Positions 1-11,900 of a stretch of DNA of 64,000 bases are shown here, one piece after another. Below the pieces are notes generated by a model. That model saw only the letters and a program-made list of their open reading frames with translations, ran no database searches and had not been told where the DNA came from. Numbering within the stretch: the first letter of the stretch is position 1; each line of letters begins with the position of its first letter. A program made the translations under genes and the position numbers. The stretch covers positions 14,880,001 to 14,944,000 of the forward strand of contig CATNEN010000038.1 of the NCBI GenBank assembly GCA_950097015.1. Direction: 5' to 3'. This stretch comes from Macrostomum hystrix. Lineage: Eukaryota; Animalia; Platyhelminthes.

Positions 1-2
1 AA

Positions 3-170
3 ACTGCCTACGGCTGGGGCTGGGTGTTCTACCTGTTTGTGCTCATGATCGGCTTGTCTCTGCTCTGCGTTCTGCCTGTGCTGGTGCGTGATGTGCAGCG
101 CAGATTCTTTAGTGGGCCGGATAATATTCACGGCCAAGTCCAGCAGCAGCAGCAGGATGTGCTCTCATGA
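3..170 (+). CDS. SLC37A3: 3' end (partial) of an MFS sugar-phosphate exchanger, SLC37A3-like
   Basis: Frame from nt 3 reads TAYGWGWVFYLFVLMIGLSLLCVLPVLVRDVQRR...QQQQQDVLS-stop (TGA 168-170). GWxWVFYxFxLM...PxxVR matches my recollection of the last TM helix of SLC37A3. Not in the ORF track. Confidence 0.65.
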   Translation, partial: TAYGWGWVFYLFVLMIGLSLLCVLPVLVRDVQRRFFSGPDNIHGQVQQQQQDVLS

Positions 171-484
171 ACGAGAACAGAAATATAATCTTCCTCAAGA
201 AAACTATTTTTTCATTATTCATTATTATTTTTTTACCATATTCCGCTACAACAATCTCTGTCGCATTTCGCCGAAAATTAATAACTTTGCATCTAAACAA
301 TGATTCGTTTTCGTTAAATTTCAGTTCGACTCGTCTTTTGCTGCACAGTATCACATTTACTCGCCTCTTTCTTGCAGTCGCGAACCAATTTCGGTGCTTA
401 ATTCTATTTTTGTGGAAGGAATTTTATTCTGATTTTTTGTGAGAAGAACTTCACGGGATGTAAAAAGGGCTTCCTTTTCTCTAG

Positions 485-660
485 GGAGTGATGTTGATGA
501 GGTGGGTGGGTGAGGTGGGTGACTCGAGGGAGTGAGATGGTTGACGTTATTGAGTGAGGTGGTTGACGCGAGGGAGTGAGGTGGTTGAAGTTAGGGAGTG
601 AGGTGGTTGACGCGAGGGAGTGCGGAGGTTGGCTAGGGAGTGAGGTGGGGGACGCTGGAT
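485..660. repeat. degenerate G-rich tandem repeat (GAGGGAGTGAGGTGGTTGACGC-like)
   Basis: Several imperfect copies of gggagtgaggtggttgac. Confidence 0.6.
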
Positions 661-1101
661 AGAGAGGTTCTATACGATAAAAGAAAAAATGTCTTCAATC
701 CACAAAATCAACTCTTAACGCTTCTATTATGATTAGATTAGAACTAAAGTAAGTTTAGAAGGTAATTTATTATCTTCCGGACTTGTTGTTACATTTTTAA
801 TAATTATTCTATCCTAATTTTTGCTAATAAGCTATTTTTATCGATACAGTTCATCTGTCTACTTATTTTGGTGCAACATACATTTTATTCTAATCTGTTC
901 AGTAATTGATTCTAGTCAGTGTTCTCATGTTACGAGTGACAAGTTGATCAGCCCTCATAATTGCTTAGAAAATTCAGCAATAAATGTAAAACATGCGTGT
1001 CAACTTTTTCAACCAGATTTTTTAAAATTAAAAATAGAAACTGCCGTATGATATTCTTCTTCTTTTTTTCTTCCTAAAGTTATCGCAATCTTATCAGCAC
1101 T

Positions 1102-1355
1102 ACTTGCTGCGATTCCATTCGCGGATCTTGCTGCGATTCCATTCGCGGATCTTGCTGCGATTCCATTCGCGTATCTTGCTGCGATTCCATTCGCGGATCT
1201 TGCTGCGATTCCATTCGCGGATCTTGCTGCGATTCCATTCGTGAATCTTGCTGCGATTCCATTCGCGGATCTTGCTGCGATTCCATTCGCGGATCTTGCT
1301 GCGATTCCATTCGCGGATCTTGCTGCGATTCCATTCGTGAATCTTGCTGCGATTC
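1102..1355. repeat. 24-bp minisatellite (CTTGCTGCGATTCCATTCGCGGAT), ~10 copies, decaying to ~1475
   Basis: Direct tandem copies; explains the MESQQDPR repeat ORF. Confidence 0.95.
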
Positions 1356-2985
1356 TATCGATCTGTAGTTTCTGCTGCGGTTCTATCTATGTGCGGTTCC
1401 TGCTGCGGTTCTATCGCTTGTGTTACTTTCTGCAATTCTATCAATCTGCGATTCTATTCGCCGATTTTGCCGCGCTTCTACATTTGGCCTCTGCAAAACT
1501 TAAGGAGAAATTACACACGGTGACTCTATTCCTTTAAAAGGTGCAACTTTTATTATAAGTAGCTGCTCATTCATGATAAATATTATATTTTAAAGCGAAG
1601 TGTTAGCGTGTTTCGGCGTGCAAATAAATCAATACATTAAATCAGTTTATCAGAAAAGGGAAGCAAAGGTTAATTTAAAGCGCGAGAAATACAACAAAAA
1701 AAATTTTTTGTCTACGGTAAAAACTAATTAAGGAAAAATTACACTTTAAATGGCGCGTTTGTCAAAATAATTATGCGGTGCATTTAATTTATGCAGGCGT
1801 TTCTTTAACTGTTTCCAACGCACTACATTTTACATGAAAATTAGTGTACGAGCATTAGTGCTTTGTTATAAATATATTGCGTACTTATCAAGCAATTTAT
1901 GCATGCAGATACAATTAATTACCAAAGAGATGTTCTTGAAGCATTCAGAATTTGTTTAAAAAAGAAAAAATTAAAACAAACATTTTAGTCAAACGAACAA
2001 AGATAAACTTACACCTTTTACATCATTTAAATTAATAAGTTTGCTATTTCATATAACACTTTGTATCGACACATACATTCTTCCTTTCAGCTGCTCATAT
2101 ACATTAAATTAAAAACATTTTTGCCTTTTCAAAGTGCTCAAGTTTAAAAGGGCCTGATCATCAGAGTGACTGTAAGCTACATTTAAGTTGAATTACAAGT
2201 GCTGAAGTATAACTTGCTTGATTTAAAAGACACGATTTTAAAGCATATTAAAAGCAATTAAATAAAAGATATTGATTTCAAAGTCTTTTGTTTCAAAACG
2301 TTGCTCAACGTTGGTTTAGTTCAAATGAAATTAGCTTTTAAAAAATTCTCAATAAAACAAAAAGATGATAAACAAAATAAACAACATGAAAAATTTACTT
2401 TATTAATGGTCGCAAATTATTATTCTATGATTATTCTAGAAAAAAAAACTCGTCATTTCAATATGTATTCTACACATTACCAGAAACTCAAAGTCAAATG
2501 GTTATATATTTCAATTTCTTTTTGCAGTTTGGAACTTACTGGATATTTGTTAATTGCCTTATGCAAGACTTTTATATACCGCTAACTTCTAGTGTTTACC
2601 GTTGAATCAATCACAACAGTTAAAAATCAATGAACGTAGTTTTATTCGATAATTAATAGCTATTTTAAGTTATTTAAGGAGGAATAAAATTAGCTTGCAG
2701 GGTACCGTCATCATTCAACAACGTTTTATAAAAATTCTGCTAAAGGCAACCTTCTCTTGGCCTTTAGCTTCTTCGCCTACTTTTTTTCCGCTACATAACT
2801 TTATTATACGAGTACTAAACCCAACCCTTTCATATAACGCTAAGCATTAAAAAGTTAATTCTGACTTCGTTTAAAAACGACCACTGTTAAAAAACACGCG
2901 GGGAAAAAGACTGAGAAAAGTACCTTTTCACAGCGTATTCATTTTTCACTTAAAATCCCAATTTTCGATCCTCATATTTCGGGAC

Positions 2986-5900
2986 TTAAACAGACGTCTG
3001 AATGTCGTCTTTAATCTGCTGCTGCTGCTGCTGCTGCTGTTGCGGCCCGACGCTGAACGAAGCGAACGGCACCTGGAGAGTGTCCGGAGTTGTGACGGCG
3101 TTGCCGACGCAGCCGTGGGCAGCTGGATTTTCGCATTCCGCGGCAGCCGCCTGTGTGTTGGCCGCCGCCGCAATCAGGTGCTGATCGTAGACGGCAAACT
3201 GCGCCGCAGATCCGCTTGGCGCCAACTGCGAGAACGAATTCGTGTGCGTGCGAATCCTGTTCAAACCGGATTCTTTGCTGGCGGCGCGCTGCAATTCGGC
3301 CGCTATGCTCAGCTTGGACTGGAAGAAATTTGTTCCGCCGCCGTCCAACGAGTCGGTGGTTTTGGCCAGATTCTCCAGGAATTCTCCGCGATCAGCTGGC
3401 TGTGCCGGGCCCCACTCCTCGGCCGGCTTCAGGAACTCCCGGAGCAGGATGCCGCCACCCTCGGCGCAGTATTTGTAGATTCCGTACACCGGGATCCAGA
3501 TGATGACAAAGACGCCAATTAGAATGCAGAGAATCTGGAACGGCTGCGCGTAGACGTATGTGCCGTAGGTCAGGGGCTCGTTGAAGATGATCATGAGCAG
3601 GATGAGGATTACAATCACTAGCGGAGTGATCACGACCCAGTTAGCTCTCCAGTAGATATTCGGCTTGCCGCCAACCATCATTTTGATGTCCTCTGCGAAC
3701 TGTCTGTACGGATAGATGTACATGAGGACAATGATCTCGCAGAGGCCGCAGACTAGCAGAGGAAAGGTCGATACGGCGCTGTCGACCAGGTTTAGCAGGT
3801 ACATTCCACCGCCGAACGTCATGGGAATACCCATTGCGAATAGGCACGCGCAGACAGCGACTCGAAGCAGAATGGCGTGAGACTTCGATGTGCCGATGAG
3901 GCCTTTGGATTTTAGTTCGTCCTGCAGGGCGCTGAGTACAGTCTCGGCTATGGAGAACTGCGGTTCGGGGATAGGGTGAGGTGGATGAATTTTTATACGA
4001 ATTTACTCGAGAGAATCAATAATAACTGATCGATTGATTGCGGCAGAATCAATGGAAGCTTGTCGATTGACTGCAGCAGAAACATTGGAAGCTGATCAAT
4101 TAACTGCATAGAAACATTGGAAGCTGATCGATTAACTGCATAGAAACAAGGGAAGCTGATCGATTGACTGCACAGAAACAATGGAAGCTGATCGATTGAC
4201 TGCATAGAAACAGTGGAAGCTGATAAATTGACTGCAGCAGAAACAAGGGAAGCTGATCAATTAACTGCATAGAAACATTGGAAGCTGATCGATTGACTGC
4301 ATAGAAACAAGGGAAGCTGATCGATTGACTGCACAGAAACAGTGGAAGCTGATCGATTGACTGCATAGAAACAGTGGAAGCTGATAAATTGACTGCAGCA
4401 GAAACAATGGAAGCTGATAAATTGACTGCAGCAGAAACAATAGAAGCTGATCTATTGACTGCATAGAAACAATGGATGCTGATCAATTGACTGCAGCAGA
4501 AACAGTGGAAGCTGATCGATTGACTGCATAGAAACAATGGAAGCTGATCGATTGACTGCAGCAGAAACAATGGAAGCTGATCGATTGACTGCATAGAAAC
4601 AGTGGAAGCTGATCAATTGACTGCATAGAAACAATGGAAGCTGATCAATTGACTGCAGCAGAAACAATGGAAGCTGATCTATTGACTGCATAGAAACAAT
4701 GGAAGCTGATCAATTGACTGCAGCAGAAACAATGGAAGCTGATCAATTGACTGCACAGAAACAATGGAAGCTGATCAATTGACTGCAGCAGGAACAATGG
4801 AAGCTGATCAATTGACTGCAGCAGGAACAATGGAAGCTGATCAATTGACTGCACAGAAACAATGGAAGCTGATCAATTGACTGCAGCAGGAACAATGGAA
4901 GCTGATCAATTGACTGCAGCAGGAACAATGGAAGCTGATCAATTGACTGCACAGAAACAATGGAAGCTGATCAATTGACTGCAGCAGAAACAGTGGAAGC
5001 TGATCGATTGACTGCACAGAAACAATGGAAGCTGATCGATTAACTGCATAGAAACAATGGAAGCTGATCGATTAACTGCATAGAAACAATGGAAGCTGAT
5101 CGATTAACTGCATAGAAACAATGGAAGCTGATCAATTGACTGCATAGAAACAATGGAAGCTGATCAATTGACTGCATAGAAACAATGGAAGCTGATCAAT
5201 TGACTGCATAGAAACAATGGAAGCTGATCGATTGACTGCATAGAAACAGTGGAAGCTGATCGATTGACTGCATAGAAACAGTGGAAGCTGATCAATTAAC
5301 TGCATAGAAACAATGGAAGCTGATCAATTAACTGCATAGAAACAATGGAAGCTGATCAAATAACTGCATAGAAACAGTGGAAGCTGATCGATTGACTGCA
5401 TAGAAACAGTGGAAGCTGATCAATTAACTGCATAGAAACAATGGAAGCTGATCAATTAACTGCATAGAAACAATGGAAGCTGATCAAATAACTGCATAGA
5501 AACAGTGGAAGCTGATCGATTGACTGCATAGAAACAGTGGAAGCTGATCAATTAACTGCATAGAAACAGTGGAAGCTGATCGATTGACTGCATAGAAACA
5601 ATGGAAGCTGATCAATTAACTGCATAGAAACAGTGGAAGCTGATCAAATAACTGCATAGAAACAGTGGAAGCTGATCGATTGACTGCATAGAAACAGTGG
5701 AAGCTGATCGATTGACTGCATAGAAACAATGTAAGCTGATCGATTGACTGCATAGAAACAATGGAAGCTGATCGATTGACTGCATAGAAACAATGGAAGC
5801 TGATCGATTGACTGAATAGAAACAATGGAAGCTGATCGATTGACTGCATAGAAACAATGGAAGCTGATCGATTGACTGCATAGAAACAATGGAAGCTGAT

Positions 5901-8900
5901 CGATTGACTGCACAGAAACAATGGAAGCTGATCGATTGACTGCACAGAAACAATGGAAGCTGATCGATTGACTGCATAGAAACAGTGGAAGCTGATCGAT
6001 TGACTGCATAGAAACAGTGGAAGCTGATCAATTAACTGCATAGAAACAATGGAAGCTGATCGATTGACTGCACAGAAACAATGGAAGCTGATCAATTGAC
6101 TGCAGCAGAAACAGTGGAAGCTGATCGATTGACTGCATAGAAACAATGGAAGCTGATCGATTGACTGCATAGAAACAATGGATGCTGATCGATTGACTGC
6201 ACAGAAACAATGGAAGCTGATCGATTGACTGCATAGAAACAATGGAAGCTGATCGATTGACTGCATAGAAACAATGGAAGCTGATCGATTGACTGCATAG
6301 AAACAATGGAAGCTGATGGATTGACTGCAGCAGAAACAGTGGAAGCTGATCGATTGACTGCATAGAAACAGTGGAAGCTGATCAATTAACTGCATAGAAA
6401 CAATGGAAGCTGATCGATTGACTGCATAGAAACAATGGAAGCTGATCGATTGACTGCATAGAAACAATGGAAGCTGATCGATTGACTGCATAGAAACAAT
6501 GGAAGCTGATCGATTGACTGCATAGAAACAATGGAAGCTGATCGATTGACTGCATAGAAACAATGGAAGCTGATCGATTGACTGCATAGAAACAATGGAA
6601 GCTGATCGATTGACTGCATAGAAACAATGGAAGCTGATCGATTGACTGCATAGAAACAATGGAAGCTGATCGATTGACTGCATAGAAACAATGGAAGCTG
6701 ATCGATTGACTGCACAGAAACAATGGAAGCTGATCAATTAACTGCATAGAAACAATGGAAGCTGATCGATTGACTGCACAGAAACAATGGAAGCTGATCG
6801 ATTGACTGCATAGAAACAGTGGAAGCTGATCAATTAACTGCATAGAAACAATGGAAGCTGATCGATTGACTGCATAGAAACAGTGGAAGCTGATCGATTG
6901 ACTGCATAGAAACAATGGAAGCTGATCGATTGACTGCATAGAAACAATGGAAGCTGATCGATTGACTGCACAGAAACAATGGAAGCTGATCAATTGACTG
7001 CAGCAGAAACAGTGGAAGCTGATCGATTGACTGCACAGAAACAATGGAAGCTGATCGATTGACTGCATAGAAACAATGGAAGCTGATCGATTGACTGCAT
7101 AGAAACAATGGAAGCTGATCGATTGACTGCAGCAGAAACAGTGGAAGCTGATCGATTGACTGCACAGAAACAATGGAAGCTGATCAAATAACTGCATAGA
7201 AACAGTGGAAGCTGATCGATTGACTGCATAGAAACAGTGGAAGCTGATCAATTAACTGCATAGAAACAATGGAAGCTGATCGATTGACTGCATAGAAACA
7301 ATGGAAGCTGATCAATTAACTGCATAGAAACAATGGAAGCTGATCGATTGACTGCACAGAAACAATGGAAGCTGATCAATTAACTGCATAGAAACAATGG
7401 AAGCTGATCAATTGACTGCAGCAGAAACAATGGAAGCTGATCAATTAACTGCATAGAAACAGTGGAAGCTGATCGATTGACTGCATAGAAACAGTGGAAG
7501 CTGATCGATTGACTGCATAGAAACAGTGGAAGCTGATCAATTAACTGCATAGAAACAATGGAAGCTGATCAATTAACTGAATAGAAACAGTGGAAGCTGA
7601 TCGATTGACTGCATAGAAACAGTGGAAGCTGATCAATTTACTGCATAGAAACAATGGAAGCTGATCAATTGACTGCAGCAGAAACAATGGAAGCTGATCG
7701 ATTGACTGCATAGAAACAATGGAAGCTGATCGATTGACTGCATAGAAACAATGGATGCTGATCGATTGACTGCATAGAAACAATGGAAGCTGATCGATTG
7801 ACTGCATAGAAACAATGGAAGCTGATCGATTGACTGCACAGAAACAATGGAAGCTGATCGATTGACTGCAGCAGAAACAATGGATGCTGATCGATTGACT
7901 GCACAGAAACAATGGAAGCTGATCGATTGACTGCATAGAAACAATAGATGCTGATCGATTGACTGCATAGAAACAATGGAAGCTGATCGATTGACTGCAT
8001 AGAAACAATGGAAGCTGATCAAATAACTGCATAGAAACAATGGAAGCTGATCGATTGACTGCGTAGAAACAATGGAAGCTGATCAATTGACTGCATAGAA
8101 ACAATGGAAGCTGATCAATTAACTGCACAGAAACAGTGGAAGCTGATCAATTAACTGCACAGAAACAATGGAAGCTGATCGATTGACTGCATAGAAACAG
8201 TGGAAGCTGATCGATTGACTGCATAGAAACAATGGAAGCTGATCGATTGACTGCATAGAAACAGTGGAAGCTGATCGATTAACTGCATAGAAACAATGGA
8301 AGCTGATCGATTGACTGCATAGAAACAATGGAAGCTGATCGATTGACTGCATAGAAACAATGGAAGCTGATCAATTAACTGCATAGAAACAGTGGAAGCT
8401 GATCAATTAACTGCATAGAAACAGTGGAAGCTGATCAATTAACTGCATAGAAACAATGGAAGCTGATCGATTGACTGCACAGAAACAATGGAAGCTGATC
8501 AATTGACTGCATAGAAACAATGGAAGCTGATCGATTGACTGCATAGAAACAGTGGAAGCTGATCGATTGACTGCATAGAAACAATGGAAGCTGATCGATT
8601 GACTGCATAGAAACAGTGGAAGCTGATCGATTAACTGCATAGAAACAATGGAAGCTGATCGATTGACTGCATAGAAACAATGGAAGCTGATCGATTTACT
8701 GCATAGAAACAATGGAAGCTGATCAATTAACTGCAGCAGAAACAGTGGAAGCTGATCGATTGACTGCATAGAAACAATGGAAGCTGATCGATTGACTGCA
8801 TAGAAACAATGGAAGCTGATCGATTGACTGCATAGAAACAATGGAAGCTGATCAATTGACTGCATAGAAACAATGGAAGCTGATCGATTGACTGCATAGA

Positions 8901-11900
8901 AACAATGGAAGCTGATCGATTGACTGCATAGAAACAATGGAAGCTGATCAATTGACTGCATAGAAACAATGGAAGCTGATCGAGATTGATACCTTCGACA
9001 GTAAATTATTGGGCTTTGTTAAGGTAGACTATATAGTCGGTTTCTGATTTTTCATATATATTTCAGTGACTACTTTAAATAGGGTGACAAGCAAGCAGTG
9101 TGCATAATAGACCATTGTTTTCTTTATAGACAGTTACAAAAATATAGTTAATGTTTTTATGAGCCGCGCTGACTATTCTATATACAGGCGCAATTTAATA
9201 GCGAAAATGAAAACAACAGACTATATATGCAGCTTGGGACATAAATTATTAATTATAACTTTAAATTGATTGACTGCATGTCTACTTTCAAGCACTATTT
9301 CTTCCAAGCCTGGGAAAGACAAGAAATTATCTTGAGGATGAATAATTGCGCTGTGGCGAGAAAAAAAAAATTTTCTGCGAAACGAAAATTATTATTAGAC
9401 TGTCAGAACCACGAGGCTGTCTGCTGACGTCTGCTACTCAAATCTCAAGTGGAGGTTGTAGAATTGCTCAGAGAAAATATGATTTCAGCTTTTACTAAGC
9501 CTACTTGGATTTGGTTAATCAGAGCGCCGAAAAAAAACAATGGCAGAGAAAAATTCATGATAAAAAAGCTGAATATTTTGTGTGACAACCGTGCATGAAG
9601 TTCTGTCAAATCCAGTTGACTTCATTTGTTTTCTCGACTTTCTCGACTGTGCTTTTCTGTTGTTTTCTTTCTTTTTTATGAATATTGTCGAATAACTCTC
9701 AAATAGCTTCGTCAATGTCCCAACCATCTCCTATTTTTCTCACCCCTATACCCATATGCATCACTCTGTCCGACTAACTCGCCATTCTGCTCATTTATCT
9801 CACCCTTTTATGTATTTATCTCACCCTTCTGCCCATTTATCTCAACCCTCTCCACATTTATCTCACCCCAATGGCAATTTATCTCACCCCAATGGCAATT
9901 TATCTCACCCCTTCTGCCCATTTATCCCAACCCTCTCCCCATTTATCTCATCCCCCTCCCTATTTATCTCATCCCTCTCCCTATTTATCTCAACCCTCTC
10001 CCTATTTATCTCACCCCTCTCCCCATTTATCGAGGATACATTTACACTTCCCCTGAAATACCTGGGATCCGAAGCCCAGCGTGGCCATCATGATGAAGAA
10101 CAGCACAGACCAGAGCGGCGCCAGCGGCATGTGTGTCAGGGCCTCCGGGTAGACAACGAAGGCCAGACCGGGACCGCCTTTGGCGACCTCGCCAACCGGG
10201 ACGCCCTTCTGATGTGACATGAAGCCCAGGTTGCAGAAGATGACGAAGCCGGCAAAGACAGATGTGCCGCAATTGATTAGGGCAACCATCACAGCGTCGC
10301 GTTGACAATTATTGCGAAACTTATTATAAGAGCTCATGGCTATGAGGCCGCCGTTGCAGCAGGACAGGCTGAAGAATATCTGCGTCGCAGCCTCCATCCA
10401 GACTTTGTAGTCGGCCAGTTTGCTCCAAACCGGTGTCAGGTAGAATTTCACGCCAATCCAAGCACCTGGCAGGGTGGCGCCTCTGATTAGCAGAATGGTG
10501 AGCATCAGATAGGGAAACAAGGCCGTGAAGTAGGACACTTTGCCCAACGATTGGATTCCTTTCAGCAGCACCAGGACCACTAGCACCCAGGCTATGAACA
10601 GTGCCAGCAGGAAGTACCAGTTGATGCTGCCAAACTCTTCGATGCGTCTTGTCAGCTGGAGGACGTGGATCCTGGGTGGGATTAATGAATATTTTTTATC
10701 CTCTTATGTCAGTCTGTGATACTTGTCGTTATTTCAGAGGATTTGACAATCAACTTTGTAATCTTGTGGGATTTGACAAACACCTTTGTAATCTTGTGGG
10801 ATTTGACAATCAACTTTGTAATCTTGTGGGATTTGAAATCAAATTTGTAATCTTGTGGGATTTGACAATCAAATTTCTAATCTTGTGGGATTTGACAATC
10901 AAATTTGTAATCTTGTGGGATTTGACCATCAACTTTTTAATCTCCTGGGAAGATTATCAACAAAGTTTGACAATCGATTTTGTAATCTTGTGGGATTTGA
11001 CAATCAACTTTGTAATCTTGTGGGATTTGACAATCAAATTTGTAATCTTGTGGGATTTGACAATCAACTTTTTAATCTTCTGGGAAGATTATCAACAAAG
11101 ATTCAACAAAGTTTGACAATCAACTTTTTAATCTTCTGGGAAGATTATCTACAAAGTTTCAACAAAGTTTGACAATCAACTTTGTAATTTTGTGGGATTT
11201 GACAATCAACTTTGTAATTTTGTGGGATTTGACAATCAACTTTGTAATCTTGTGGGATTTGACAATCAACTTTGTAATCTTGTGGGATTTGACAATCAAC
11301 TTTGTAATCTTGTGGGATTTGACAATCAACTTTGTAATCTTGTGGGATTTGACAATCAACTTTTTAATCTTCTGGGAAGATTATCTACAAAGTTTCAACA
11401 AAGTTTGACAATCAAATTAGTAATTTTGTGGGATTTGACAATCAACTTTGTAATCTTGTGGGATTTGACAATCAACTTTGTAATCTTGTGGGATTTGACA
11501 ATCAAATGTGAAATCATGCAGGATTTGAAACAAAAATTGTTATCTTCTGTCTGTGTTTAGACACAAGAACAACTCACTCGTAAAATTCCTCAGAGGGTGT
11601 CCTGCACTTTGTTTCCGGGTCGGTTGAGTTGACTAAAACAAAAAGTTGTGGCGGGGTTTTTAGTACACAATATTTAGGCATTCAAGACGCCGCTACGAAA
11701 TATTGACTACCAAATTAGTCCGTCATAGATAAAAAAACTACCTTTAATTTCTTACCTACCTCAGTAGATAAACTATTCGCAGCCTTTTTAGTGCAACGCA
11801 CCCAACTTAAAAAGTGTTTTGAGTATTTAAGATTTGTGCATTTCCTACGGGCGGTAGATTTGGCTAAATTTCCGTGTTTACATTTCATCAGAATTCGATC

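Noticed and set aside
3040-3522. Antisense ORFs over GC-rich exons (also 26296-26955, 36020-36415)
   Set aside because: Shadow ORFs from codon bias of the real genes on the opposite strand.
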